From positions 15,304 to 79,303 of the forward strand of contig JBIKWF010000008.1 of the NCBI GenBank assembly GCA_044356455.1: a stretch of DNA of 64,000 bases, read 5' to 3'. The translations under genes were made by a program, and so were the position numbers. The DNA comes from Bdellovibrionota bacterium. Its GTDB lineage: Bacteria; Bdellovibrionota_C; UBA2361; JBGSMV01. Below the pieces are notes generated by a model, which was not told where the DNA came from, did no database searches, and saw only the letters and a list, made by a program, of their open reading frames with translations. Below, piece after piece: positions 53,849 to 61,804 of this stretch. Each line of letters starts with the position of its first letter. The first letter of the stretch is position 1.

Positions 53849-55129
53849 ATGCGTACATGGTTATTTGTCTGCGCTCTCATTCTTACATGGTCTCAAGTTT
53901 CAACATCAGCCGCTCAGGGGAGCGCCTCAGAGCAAGTGGCGCAGAGCGGATTCTGCAGTGCGCTCGATCGTAAAGACTACCGCGTTGCAAAGACGCTCTT
54001 TGACCAAGGTGGAGTTGATCTCAAAAAGCCGTGCCAGAATTCCCTCTACGGCGAGGTGAGCCCCGAGATAACGCTCAATAATCTCGTGCATCTGCTCTCT
54101 CTCTCTTACGTTCGCTACAATAGGACAGATTTGGAGGATCTCGGCTTTCTTATACAAGAGTTTCTCAAGGTCAATGGAGGGATAAATGCGTATGGCCAAG
54201 AGAGCACACCTCTATTCTGGCGTTATGGCGATAAAATTGCTTCCGAGCCCACGGTAGCCAAGGTGTTCATAGAGGCAGGAGCGGATTTTAGGCTCGCAGC
54301 TAAGGCTCCTGAATACGGAACAGGTGACTTTCAGAGGTTCGATTCGCCGACCACAGACAAAACCGGCAGGACTTTTCTCATGCAGCTATGCTGGATAGGA
54401 AACTTTGATCAGATTTTCGCGCCCCCTGCGCGGCACGAATACAATCGCGAGGAAAAAAAACTCCAGCAAAGCATCCTCCGTAAGGTAATAGCGAATGCCG
54501 ATCTAAAAGCCCAGGACGCCTACGGGAGAACTGCGCTTCATCACTGCACTCTTCAAGGAAGCGTCAACGCCATAAGGGAACTTATAAAAGCGGGCGCTGA
54601 TGCGGACCAGAAGGATGCCGCAGGCTTAACGCCGAAAGACTATGCAAAGGCTGCGGGAAAGACTGATCTCTCCACCTTTTCTCGTCCCGCAGAAGAGCAG
54701 GTAACTGCGGTCCCTGCGCCACTTGAGAGTGACACCTCTGGCGTCGAAGCCGTGGAGCCCAACCCAACGCCGGCTTCTGCCGCGACCGATGCGAGCAAAG
54801 ATTTGCAGCTTGCGAAGTCCGCGATTGAGGCAGGGCAGTTTAGGAATGCCCGTGCACTTCTGCAGAATCTTGTTGGATTGGGAAATCCTGCTGCCATGTA
54901 CGAGCTCGGTCGCTTGATCATTCGCGGTGAAGGCGGAGCACAGGACTTCGAGGAAGCAAGAAAACTTTGGGAGCGCGCTGCTGACAAGGAACATGGTGAG
55001 AGTCTCGTTGCCCTCGCCAAACTGTATGTGTACGGAGATGGCGTCGCAAAAAGTGAAATGGTTGCCAAGATGTATCTGAAACGCGCCAAAGATGCGGGCG
55101 CACAAATTCCTCAGAACCTAATTGAATAG
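53849..55129 (+). CDS. secreted ankyrin-repeat plus Sel1/TPR-like repeat protein
   Basis: Signal peptide. ANK repeats DAYGRTALHHCTLQGSVNAIRELIKAGADADQKDAAGLTP. Sel1 repeats AMYELGRLIIRGEGGAQDFEEARKLWERAA and LAKLYVYGDGVAKSEMVAKMYLKRAKDAG. Confidence 0.75.
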   Translation: MRTWLFVCALILTWSQVSTSAAQGSASEQVAQSGFCSALDRKDYRVAKTLFDQGGVDLKKPCQNSLYGEVSPEITLNNLVHLLSLSYVRYNRTDLEDLGFLIQEFLKVNGGINAYGQESTPLFWRYGDKIASEPTVAKVFIEAGADFRLAAKAPEYGTGDFQRFDSPTTDKTGRTFLMQLCWIGNFDQIFAPPARHEYNREEKKLQQSILRKVIANADLKAQDAYGRTALHHCTLQGSVNAIRELIKAGADADQKDAAGLTPKDYAKAAGKTDLSTFSRPAEEQVTAVPAPLESDTSGVEAVEPNPTPASAATDASKDLQLAKSAIEAGQFRNARALLQNLVGLGNPAAMYELGRLIIRGEGGAQDFEEARKLWERAADKEHGESLVALAKLYVYGDGVAKSEMVAKMYLKRAKDAGAQIPQNLIE

Positions 55130-55131
55130 GG

Positions 55132-55869
55132 ATGTGTATGATGATCTCTCGACTCTGTATCCAACTGCGACGAGGACTTGTCGCTATGGTCCTGATCGCA
55201 CTTGCCGGATGTGGACCAGACCCCAAAGATCCCGTGTATTCAAATTACGAGTCTGCCCTGCGTGCAGGTGCAGAGCAACGCCGCCTCTGTGTCAACCTTG
55301 CTCGCCACTCGCTTGTTGGAAGGGTTCGGCAGGCGATTACAGAACCTGTAGTGGAGCTCGCGAGTTCGCGCTGGGGTTCGTGGGAGGAACTAGTAGCGGC
55401 TGGGATGTACCGCAAGGAGGAGGTGCGGGAGAATTACGACTATAGGATATCATACGATCAGGGCCTGAGAATTCCTGTGCTCGGCTACCGCTACACACTT
55501 ACTGAACCGTACAAGAAATTTGTTGGAACTTCAGACTCCGTTTTCTCTGATAGCAATCAGAGCCTCTGCCTTGCTAGCTACGAGTTTGACAAAGTCGTCT
55601 CCGCCACCGAGCCGCGTATAGTTTTTGGCGGTCTTACCGCCGTTTCGGTAACTTACTCGCTTGCGCTCGGCAGCCTACCCGATGAATTTGCACAGTCACG
55701 GACGACGATGGAGAAGTACTTCCCTGAGGTTTTCAAGGAGGTCTCTTCCAAGACTGAAGATGCCACTCTCCTTTTGACGAAGGAAGGCTGGAAGCTCCAG
55801 AAGATGATTAAAGACCCCACTGAATTGATACGGGCAACACACGCTACGCGTAATGGTGAAGAGGAGTAA
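55132..55869 (+). CDS. hypothetical lipoprotein
   Basis: Lipobox ALAGCGP. Confidence 0.4.
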   Translation: MCMMISRLCIQLRRGLVAMVLIALAGCGPDPKDPVYSNYESALRAGAEQRRLCVNLARHSLVGRVRQAITEPVVELASSRWGSWEELVAAGMYRKEEVRENYDYRISYDQGLRIPVLGYRYTLTEPYKKFVGTSDSVFSDSNQSLCLASYEFDKVVSATEPRIVFGGLTAVSVTYSLALGSLPDEFAQSRTTMEKYFPEVFKEVSSKTEDATLLLTKEGWKLQKMIKDPTELIRATHATRNGEEE

Positions 55870-56530
55870 GGAGTATCCTATGATTGCACGTTCAGAACTT
55901 TTTGGCCCGGCCCTTGCTTTTGTGGTGATGGTGTTTTCAGTTGGATGCGCCCCTGTCAGCCGAAATTCCTTTAGTGCATCATCCGCAGAATGTTCGAGGA
56001 ATTTCTCCTCTTCTGGGAATATGCTTATCGGACAACAATTTCGAACCGATGCCACCGTGCAAGGGGCCAGGGCAAGAGAGGTACTTGAGCGTTTAAGGAC
56101 CCGCATGAAGCACGAGGGCTATCTGCTTGTTGAAATGAACCTCGAAGATGGCGTCTTACAAGGGCGCTCAAGGACAACCTCGGGATCCTACACAGAGCCT
56201 GTAGTGATTGGAGCCGAGCAGGACGGGAAAGATGTGCTCGTTACTATGAGCGCCTCCACTCTCGCTGGTCAGTATACGCCCGAAAGTGCTGCTCACGAGG
56301 AATTCTGTAAGTTCGTTACGGAGGCACAGAAACTTGCCTATAGTTATAAAGAGCCAGAGAGAAGAGTAATCGAAGCGCGAAGCTCGGCTCCCGTAAAGAA
56401 GGCAAAGGTACGTGCCGTGGTCGATTCGCCTAAGGCAGGGAGCTCGCTGGCTGCAAAGAAACCAGCGTCAAATGCCGAAACGAAAAAACCTGAGCCGCAA
56501 GCCGATGAAAGCACCAAGAGCCGTTACTGA
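55853..56530 (+). CDS. hypothetical lipoprotein
   Basis: Lipobox-like FSVGCAP. Low-complexity Lys-rich C-terminus. Confidence 0.4.
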   Translation: MVKRSKEYPMIARSELFGPALAFVVMVFSVGCAPVSRNSFSASSAECSRNFSSSGNMLIGQQFRTDATVQGARAREVLERLRTRMKHEGYLLVEMNLEDGVLQGRSRTTSGSYTEPVVIGAEQDGKDVLVTMSASTLAGQYTPESAAHEEFCKFVTEAQKLAYSYKEPERRVIEARSSAPVKKAKVRAVVDSPKAGSSLAAKKPASNAETKKPEPQADESTKSRY

Positions 56531-56547
56531 TTTCCTGATTTGAGTTC

Positions 56548-58035
56548 TCACGCGGAGCCACCATTTGACGTGTCTCCATCCTTAAGCACAAAACGCGCTG
56601 AAAGCATGGCGACGGTGCGAGCGAGTTTAGCTTTCTCAACAGAAGCGAGCACCTCCGCGAAAGGTTTATACGCCTGAGGCGCTTCATCCAGAGGATATCT
56701 CCGGCAGTTACTGAGAATGTCTGCCCTGTCTAGCTGCGCATCAACCTCTCCCTGGATAAGTTCACGCTGCGCTCTTGAGCGGCTCATGGCACGCCCAGCC
56801 CCATGGTTGACGCTGTAACAACTGAGCGCCGCACCAGGCTCTGCAACCATGACCGCGGAGCCAGCGGCGGGATTTCCAGGAAGCAAAATGGGGTGGCCAC
56901 TCGCTTCGTAGCGTGTTCCCTCAAGTCCGGGATGTCCTGCGGGGAATGCTCTCGTTGCTCCTTTGCGATGAACCCACGTGGGCTCTCCTTCAACGATCTC
57001 CTTGCGCGCAATATTATGGCTAATGAAATAAACCAAGTCGCCCGAAAGCCCAGGGAAAATTTCCTGAAATGCCTCAAGAACAAGAGCATTAATGAGCAAG
57101 TGATTGAGCGTCGCAAAGTTTGCGCCGAGCGCAAGGTCATCTAAATAGCAATCGGCCTCACTCGTTCCAAGAGGAGCATACACGAGCTCACGATCGCCGC
57201 CCGGGAAAGGAATTCCGCTTGCCGCGAATTTACCCTGGAGTGTCTTAAATTGCTGTTGTGCGAGGAGGTACCCAAAGCCGCGCGAGCCGCAATGCGAAAG
57301 AAAAGCGATTTTACCGTCGCTGAGACCAAAGCTCTTGGCGATAGCTTCTTCGCCGCGAGTAACCCTCACGGTATTGGCTTCACCAAAGTGATTTCCACCA
57401 CCGTAGGAACCTAGCTGCTGAATCTTTGATTCAAGCACGTCACTTCCCCAGGAACCTTCGACCAGCTCAAGACGCTTGCCAAGAGACTGAGAAGTTCCGT
57501 CATTTCCGAAATGTCGCGAGTCCTCACACGCATCCGTCCATGCGAAGGGAATACCCAACGCAGAGCATACTTCGGCTGAGGCGCCTTCGATGGCAAGTCT
57601 GCGTCCCGTGGCCAAATCCACATGCCGTGCTTTCCTCACAGAACGCTGCCCTTTGCCGGAGCCGGTAGGAAGGCGCTGCATGAGAGCGTTTATCACTGCG
57701 CGCCTCGCTTCTTTGCTGAGAAGTTCCTCTTCGGGAAGATTCGTCTGAAGAAGGCTCATCGAGCATTTGATGTCTACGCCCACGGGAGCTGGATAGATAT
57801 GTGTCGGCGAGGTGAGGACGCTGCCGACAGGCGCTCCGTATCCCGCGTGTGCATCAGGATTGAGGACTACCTTGGTGACCCCGGGAGCAAGTCGGCTATT
57901 TATGGCTTGCTGCAGGCACTTTTCGTCGAAGGAGGTGCGAATACTCTCGGTGCCAATGACCGTAATGGGAGTCACCGAAGAGTCAGGAACGGGGAGAATT
58001 CCCACCGCTTCTTCAACTGGAATTACCTTATTCAT
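56548..58035 (-). CDS. rtcB: RNA 3'-phosphate ligase RtcB
   Basis: Motifs PDAHAGYG, HNI/HCGSRG and C-terminal NHGAGR. 495 aa. Confidence 0.9.
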   Translation of the reverse strand: MNKVIPVEEAVGILPVPDSSVTPITVIGTESIRTSFDEKCLQQAINSRLAPGVTKVVLNPDAHAGYGAPVGSVLTSPTHIYPAPVGVDIKCSMSLLQTNLPEEELLSKEARRAVINALMQRLPTGSGKGQRSVRKARHVDLATGRRLAIEGASAEVCSALGIPFAWTDACEDSRHFGNDGTSQSLGKRLELVEGSWGSDVLESKIQQLGSYGGGNHFGEANTVRVTRGEEAIAKSFGLSDGKIAFLSHCGSRGFGYLLAQQQFKTLQGKFAASGIPFPGGDRELVYAPLGTSEADCYLDDLALGANFATLNHLLINALVLEAFQEIFPGLSGDLVYFISHNIARKEIVEGEPTWVHRKGATRAFPAGHPGLEGTRYEASGHPILLPGNPAAGSAVMVAEPGAALSCYSVNHGAGRAMSRSRAQRELIQGEVDAQLDRADILSNCRRYPLDEAPQAYKPFAEVLASVEKAKLARTVAMLSARFVLKDGDTSNGGSA

Positions 58036-58147
58036 AGAACGTCTCTCTTAATTTTTACTTACTGTTTAAATCTCCCAATTCTTCCCGTGGAAGCAATAAA
58101 AAAGCTGCATTTCTCCAGGAATGACTTGCGCATCAGAGCAGCGAGAA

Positions 58148-58300
58148 CTAGGGAATCCCTGAAAACATAGCTATTTTATTCTGTTCTCTCTGTGAGCTCT
58201 GTGTCCTCTGTGGTTTTTCAACAATTTAAATCAACCACAGAGGGCGCAGAGTTCACAGAGAGAAGAAATGAAGTATCGCGGTCTTTCAGAGGTTCCCTAG
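58148..58300. repeat. MITE-like dispersed repeat, copy F (subfamily with ctctgtggtt...aaccacagagg palindromic core)
   Basis: Termini ctagggaatccctgaaaacatag ... ctttcagaggttccctag. It lies inside the operon between the SPFH gene and rtcB. Confidence 0.7.
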
Positions 58301-58363
58301 AGGCGTGCCCCCCCCGGCCGGTGCGGAGTGTGTGCGCTCATGGCACACACTCCGGGTTCCGAA

Positions 58364-59485
58364 TTACTTCGTGAGAGAAACGAGGCCTTTCATGACTCCG
58401 TCAAGTCCATCGTAGACCGTAAGCTTCCCTACCTTCTCACTAATACGCTCGACCGCCTCAAGCTCCTTTAACCTAAGGAGCACGGGATTATTCTCCATCA
58501 TCCTCGCGGTATTCATAAGCGAACGCGTGGCGGCGGTCTCTTCGCGCCGGCGAATATTCTGAGCCTGGGCAGCCTTTTCAGCTTCAACTACCTGGTTCAG
58601 GAGTGCGCGCATTTCACCGGGAAGGATGAGATCCTTAACCCCGATACGCACGATCTCGATTCCGCACACCTCCATCGCAGCCTTAATCTCGGAAGCAAGA
58701 ACTCTATTAAGAAGCTCCTTGTTCTCAAGCAACTCATCCAGAGTCTTCTCTCCCACGGCCTGCCGAAGTGCGAGCTGGGCGCAGCGATAAATCTCGCCCA
58801 GTATATCGCTTAGCGCGCGTGTTGCCTTGACCGCGTCTACCAAACGATAACTCACGCTCAAGTTCACCCGAAGAGATACCTTGTCCTTTGTGAGCATCTC
58901 CTGTCCGCTTACCTCAAGTGCAGTCAAGCGAGTATCTAGAATGCTCACAGACAAATCGCGCTGGGCGCGCCAGAATGCGTAGTGCCCAGGTGCGAGTTCA
59001 CGGACAATCACTCCCGATTCGAGCAGCAATCCCCTACATTGCTCAGGAACGCTCACACGCAGAATCTTGGGATCCGCCGCCAAACCAGACAAATTGCGCA
59101 CCGTCTCGCGGTCCAGCTCATACCCCTCCGAGATCTCGAACCTTTTGACGTTGATCTCAGCAAGCCCTTTCCAAAAGAGACGCTCTTCGCTCGGCATCAC
59201 AAGACAAGAAGCTTGCGAATTGAGGTACACCACGGCCACTTCACGAGGCCCTGTTTCAACCTTAACCAAGAACTCTGCAAGCTCAGAGGTGAAGCGATTC
59301 GCAAGCAGCTGGGCAATGGGCCCACGAAGCTCTACCTCCTTAGCGATATCGGAAATCGCAACGGCGACCTTACAAAGGGGGTTTAAGAATCGGTAGCTTC
59401 CAGGGGCAAGGATGCGTTCAAAGCGCTTATCTTTATAAAGAATCCCACGTTCGGTGCTTCCAATAACAATCTTTTTCATATTCAC
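58364..59485 (-). CDS. SPFH/band-7 (slipin-like) protein with about 170-aa N-terminal extension, co-transcribed with rtcB
   Basis: SPFH core LTKDKVSLRVNLSVSYRLVD...GIEIVRIGVKDLILPGEM...EAEKAAQAQ. RBS AGGAG 8 nt upstream of the ATG. Confidence 0.8.
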   Translation of the reverse strand: MNMKKIVIGSTERGILYKDKRFERILAPGSYRFLNPLCKVAVAISDIAKEVELRGPIAQLLANRFTSELAEFLVKVETGPREVAVVYLNSQASCLVMPSEERLFWKGLAEINVKRFEISEGYELDRETVRNLSGLAADPKILRVSVPEQCRGLLLESGVIVRELAPGHYAFWRAQRDLSVSILDTRLTALEVSGQEMLTKDKVSLRVNLSVSYRLVDAVKATRALSDILGEIYRCAQLALRQAVGEKTLDELLENKELLNRVLASEIKAAMEVCGIEIVRIGVKDLILPGEMRALLNQVVEAEKAAQAQNIRRREETAATRSLMNTARMMENNPVLLRLKELEAVERISEKVGKLTVYDGLDGVMKGLVSLTK

Positions 59486-59700
59486 ATCTCCTTAGCTCAA
59501 CTACACATTCAAAAAGGGAGGAGACCTCCTCACGAAAACAGCGCGGGGCTTGAGCGTGTCATCGGGGGGTGCTTCGATGTCCACACCATCGAAGCGCCGC
59601 AGAACGAGGCACCACTTCTCAAAACTACAAGGCGCTGCCCGCGCCAAGGCTTGCGCCTTGCTTGGGAATCTCCTCTGTTACAGTGAGAGCTTTCGCTCTC

Positions 59701-59772
59701 AGGACATAGGCAGGAGTCGAACCTGCTACACATCGATTAACACTCGATTGCTCTACCCATGAGCTACTATGG
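59701..59772 (-). ncRNA. tRNA-Asn(GUU)-like cloverleaf element, possibly a pseudo-tRNA or Y-RNA/tRNA-like regulatory RNA
   Basis: Hand fold of the minus strand. D-arm GCTC-ATGGGTA-GAGC. Anticodon stem ATCGA/TCGAT with loop GTGTTAA (anticodon GTT). T-arm GCAGG-TTCGACT-CCTGC. The acceptor stem pairs at only 5 of 7 positions (1:72 and 2:71 mismatched), and there is no encoded CCA. Confidence 0.5.
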
Positions 59773-59887
59773 TGACCGGTCCTCTTCGACGCGGTACGCG
59801 GCTGAGACTAGATTAGTTATCCAACTCTGCTGCGCCGCCCGGCCTTGCTGAAGCCAGTCGTCCAGTGAACAGTCGAAGCTATATAGA

Positions 59888-59903
59888 GCATCAAATGTGC
59901 CAC
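59888..59903 (-). promoter_or_regulatory. sigma-54 (-24/-12) promoter for the tRNA-like element, SPFH gene and rtcB
   Basis: Minus strand reads TGGCAC-ATTTG-ATGC with exact GG/GC spacing. It lies about 100 bp from the divergent rtcR start, as expected for an RtcR-dependent promoter. Confidence 0.55.
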
Positions 59904-59952
59904 GGCTTAATATGCTGAAATATTTAGCTTTATATTGAGTAGAGCGGCCCGC

Positions 59953-59981
59953 TTACATATCTATTGAGATAGTTCTATAAT
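59953..59981 (+). promoter_or_regulatory. candidate sigma-70 promoter of rtcR (leaderless or near-leaderless)
   Basis: TTACAT-N17-TATAAT. The -10 box ends 7 nt before the rtcR ATG at 59989. Confidence 0.35.
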
Positions 59982-59988
59982 TAAAGAT

Positions 59989-61596
59989 ATGAATCGAGTT
60001 GCCTTTGGCTTTTTAGGAACCAAGCTTGATGCCTTTGGGGGCTTTGGCGAGAAGCGCTTAAAAACCTGGCGTCCTTCGGTGGCGCTGGGCCTCGACCAGG
60101 CTCTTGGGCTTAGCCGGTTTGAGCTCTGGTACAATGAGCGCTTCGCGCGGGTTGCCAAGCTCGTTAAAGACGACATCGAAGAACAGCGAGTAGGAATTCA
60201 GGTGATTCTGCGCGAGGCATCTATTCGCGACCCATGGAATTTTGAGGAGGTGTACAGCTTTCTTTTTGATTTTAGTACGAGCTACCCCTTCAAAACCGAG
60301 AGCGAAGAATACTTCATACATCTCACCACCGGTACGCATGTCGCGCAAATCTGTCTCTTTCTTTTAACTGAGTCGCGGCATTTTCCTGGAAAGCTTGTTC
60401 AAACGAATCCACGAGGCAAGCAGACCGAAGAAGAATTGAGCATCATCGACCTTGACCTCTCCAACTATGACAAACTTGCAAGACGCTTTGAGCAGAAACG
60501 AGGAGCCGACCTAGAACTCCTTAAAGCGGGAATCAAAACTCTCAGTGCCTCATTCAATTCATTAATTTCTGAAATTGAAGTAGTAGCGCGTGCAAGTAGC
60601 GATCCGCTATTGCTTCTCGGACCCACGGGAGCGGGAAAGTCAAAGCTCGCCCAGCAGATCTATCTTCTCAAGCAATCCCAGCACCGCGTTCAGGGAGAAT
60701 TTGTAGATGTGAATTGCGCGACCATACGGGGAGAACAAGCCATGTCTGCCCTTTTTGGACATGCCAAGGGGGCTTTTACGGGAGCCATTGGTAAACGCGA
60801 TGGGTTATTAAAAAAGGCGCATAAAGGCCTGCTCTTTCTGGACGAGATCGGCGAACTCGGTCTTGACGAGCAAGCGATGCTTCTTCGAGCAATAGAAGAG
60901 AAACGGTTTTTCCCCCTCGGGAGCGACCAGGAGGAGCGTAGCGATTTCCAGCTCATTTCGGGAACTAATCGCGACCTTAACGAGAGAGTCAGCGCCGGGC
61001 TATTTCGAGAGGACCTTTTGCGGCGTATTGATATTTGGAGCTTTGAACTTCCGGCACTTAGAGACCGTAAGGAGGATATAGAGCCGAATCTTGAATTCGA
61101 GCTAAAAAAATTCGAGGAACGTTCAGGTCGTCGAATTACCTTTAGCAGTGAGGCAAAGAAAGCATTTCTTAGCTTTGCCACAGGTCCTCTCGCTCTTTGG
61201 CCTGGAAACTTTCGCGACTTAAACGCCTCGGTGACTCGAATGGCTACACTTGCTCCTCAAGGGCGAATTAGTATGGAAGTCGTGGAAGTTGAGACTCAAA
61301 GACTTACTCGGGCATGGCGCTATCCGCAGAAAGCCGAATCCGCTCTTGGAGAAGTGGAATCAATTATTCGCTTGGCAGGACTTTCTCCTGAGCTTGTCGA
61401 TCCCTTTGACAGGCCACAGCTTGCTGCGGTGCTGCAGGCGCTTGCCCGTGCTCGTTCAATTGCAGAGGCCGGACGTGAGCTTTTTGCAGTTTCGCGGAGG
61501 GAACGTTCAGTGGTTAATGACTCTGACAGGCTCAGGAAATACCTAAACCGATTTGGAATAGATGCGAGGCGGATTGTGGGGACCAATACTCGTTAA
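59989..61596 (+). CDS. rtcR: sigma-54-dependent transcriptional activator RtcR (CARF-AAA+-HTH)
   Basis: 535 aa. Walker A GPTGAGKS and sigma-54-contact motif GHAKGAFTGA. An N-terminal non-receiver, CARF-like domain. Divergent from the rtcB operon. Confidence 0.85.
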   Translation: MNRVAFGFLGTKLDAFGGFGEKRLKTWRPSVALGLDQALGLSRFELWYNERFARVAKLVKDDIEEQRVGIQVILREASIRDPWNFEEVYSFLFDFSTSYPFKTESEEYFIHLTTGTHVAQICLFLLTESRHFPGKLVQTNPRGKQTEEELSIIDLDLSNYDKLARRFEQKRGADLELLKAGIKTLSASFNSLISEIEVVARASSDPLLLLGPTGAGKSKLAQQIYLLKQSQHRVQGEFVDVNCATIRGEQAMSALFGHAKGAFTGAIGKRDGLLKKAHKGLLFLDEIGELGLDEQAMLLRAIEEKRFFPLGSDQEERSDFQLISGTNRDLNERVSAGLFREDLLRRIDIWSFELPALRDRKEDIEPNLEFELKKFEERSGRRITFSSEAKKAFLSFATGPLALWPGNFRDLNASVTRMATLAPQGRISMEVVEVETQRLTRAWRYPQKAESALGEVESIIRLAGLSPELVDPFDRPQLAAVLQALARARSIAEAGRELFAVSRRERSVVNDSDRLRKYLNRFGIDARRIVGTNTR

Positions 61597-61638
61597 CTTC
61601 GATATCGCACATGTGAACCTGTAAGTGCTTGAAGCCAC

Positions 61639-61804
61639 CCTAGGTTTCTGCGTCGCAGAAACCTAGGGCGGCTCTAAAAAACTTTAATATTCTATTTTCT
61701 CTCTCTGTGAACTCTGTGCCCTCTGTGGTTGATTTAAATTATTGAAAAACCACAGAGGACACAGAGAAAAAATAATATATCGAGGTTTTTCAGAAGTTCC
61801 TTAG
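61639..61804. repeat. MITE-like dispersed repeat, copy G
   Basis: Starts with the perfect palindrome cctaggtttctgcgtcgcagaaacctagg, then ctagggcggctctaaaaaac ... tttttcagaagttccttag. The right terminus contains the ABC-F stop codon. Confidence 0.65.

Noticed and set aside
59600-59625. Minus-strand TGGTGCC-N3-TTCTG as a possible second sigma-54 site nearer the SPFH gene
   Set aside because: Spacing is off by one and the -12 GC is replaced by TC. Kept only as a low-probability alternative.
59640-59665. Plus-strand AGGCTTGCGCCTTGCT resembling a sigma-54 -24/-12 element
   Set aside because: The -24 box is poor (AGGCTT). It points away from rtcB, toward the tRNA-like element in antisense. The minus-strand TGGCAC-N5-ATGC site at 59888-59903 is far better and correctly oriented.
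59690-59800. Integrative element or prophage boundary at the tRNA-like gene
   Set aside because: No integrase, excisionase or direct repeat of the tRNA 3' end is visible within the window. Flanking genes (rtcR, SPFH-rtcB) are a coherent functional unit.
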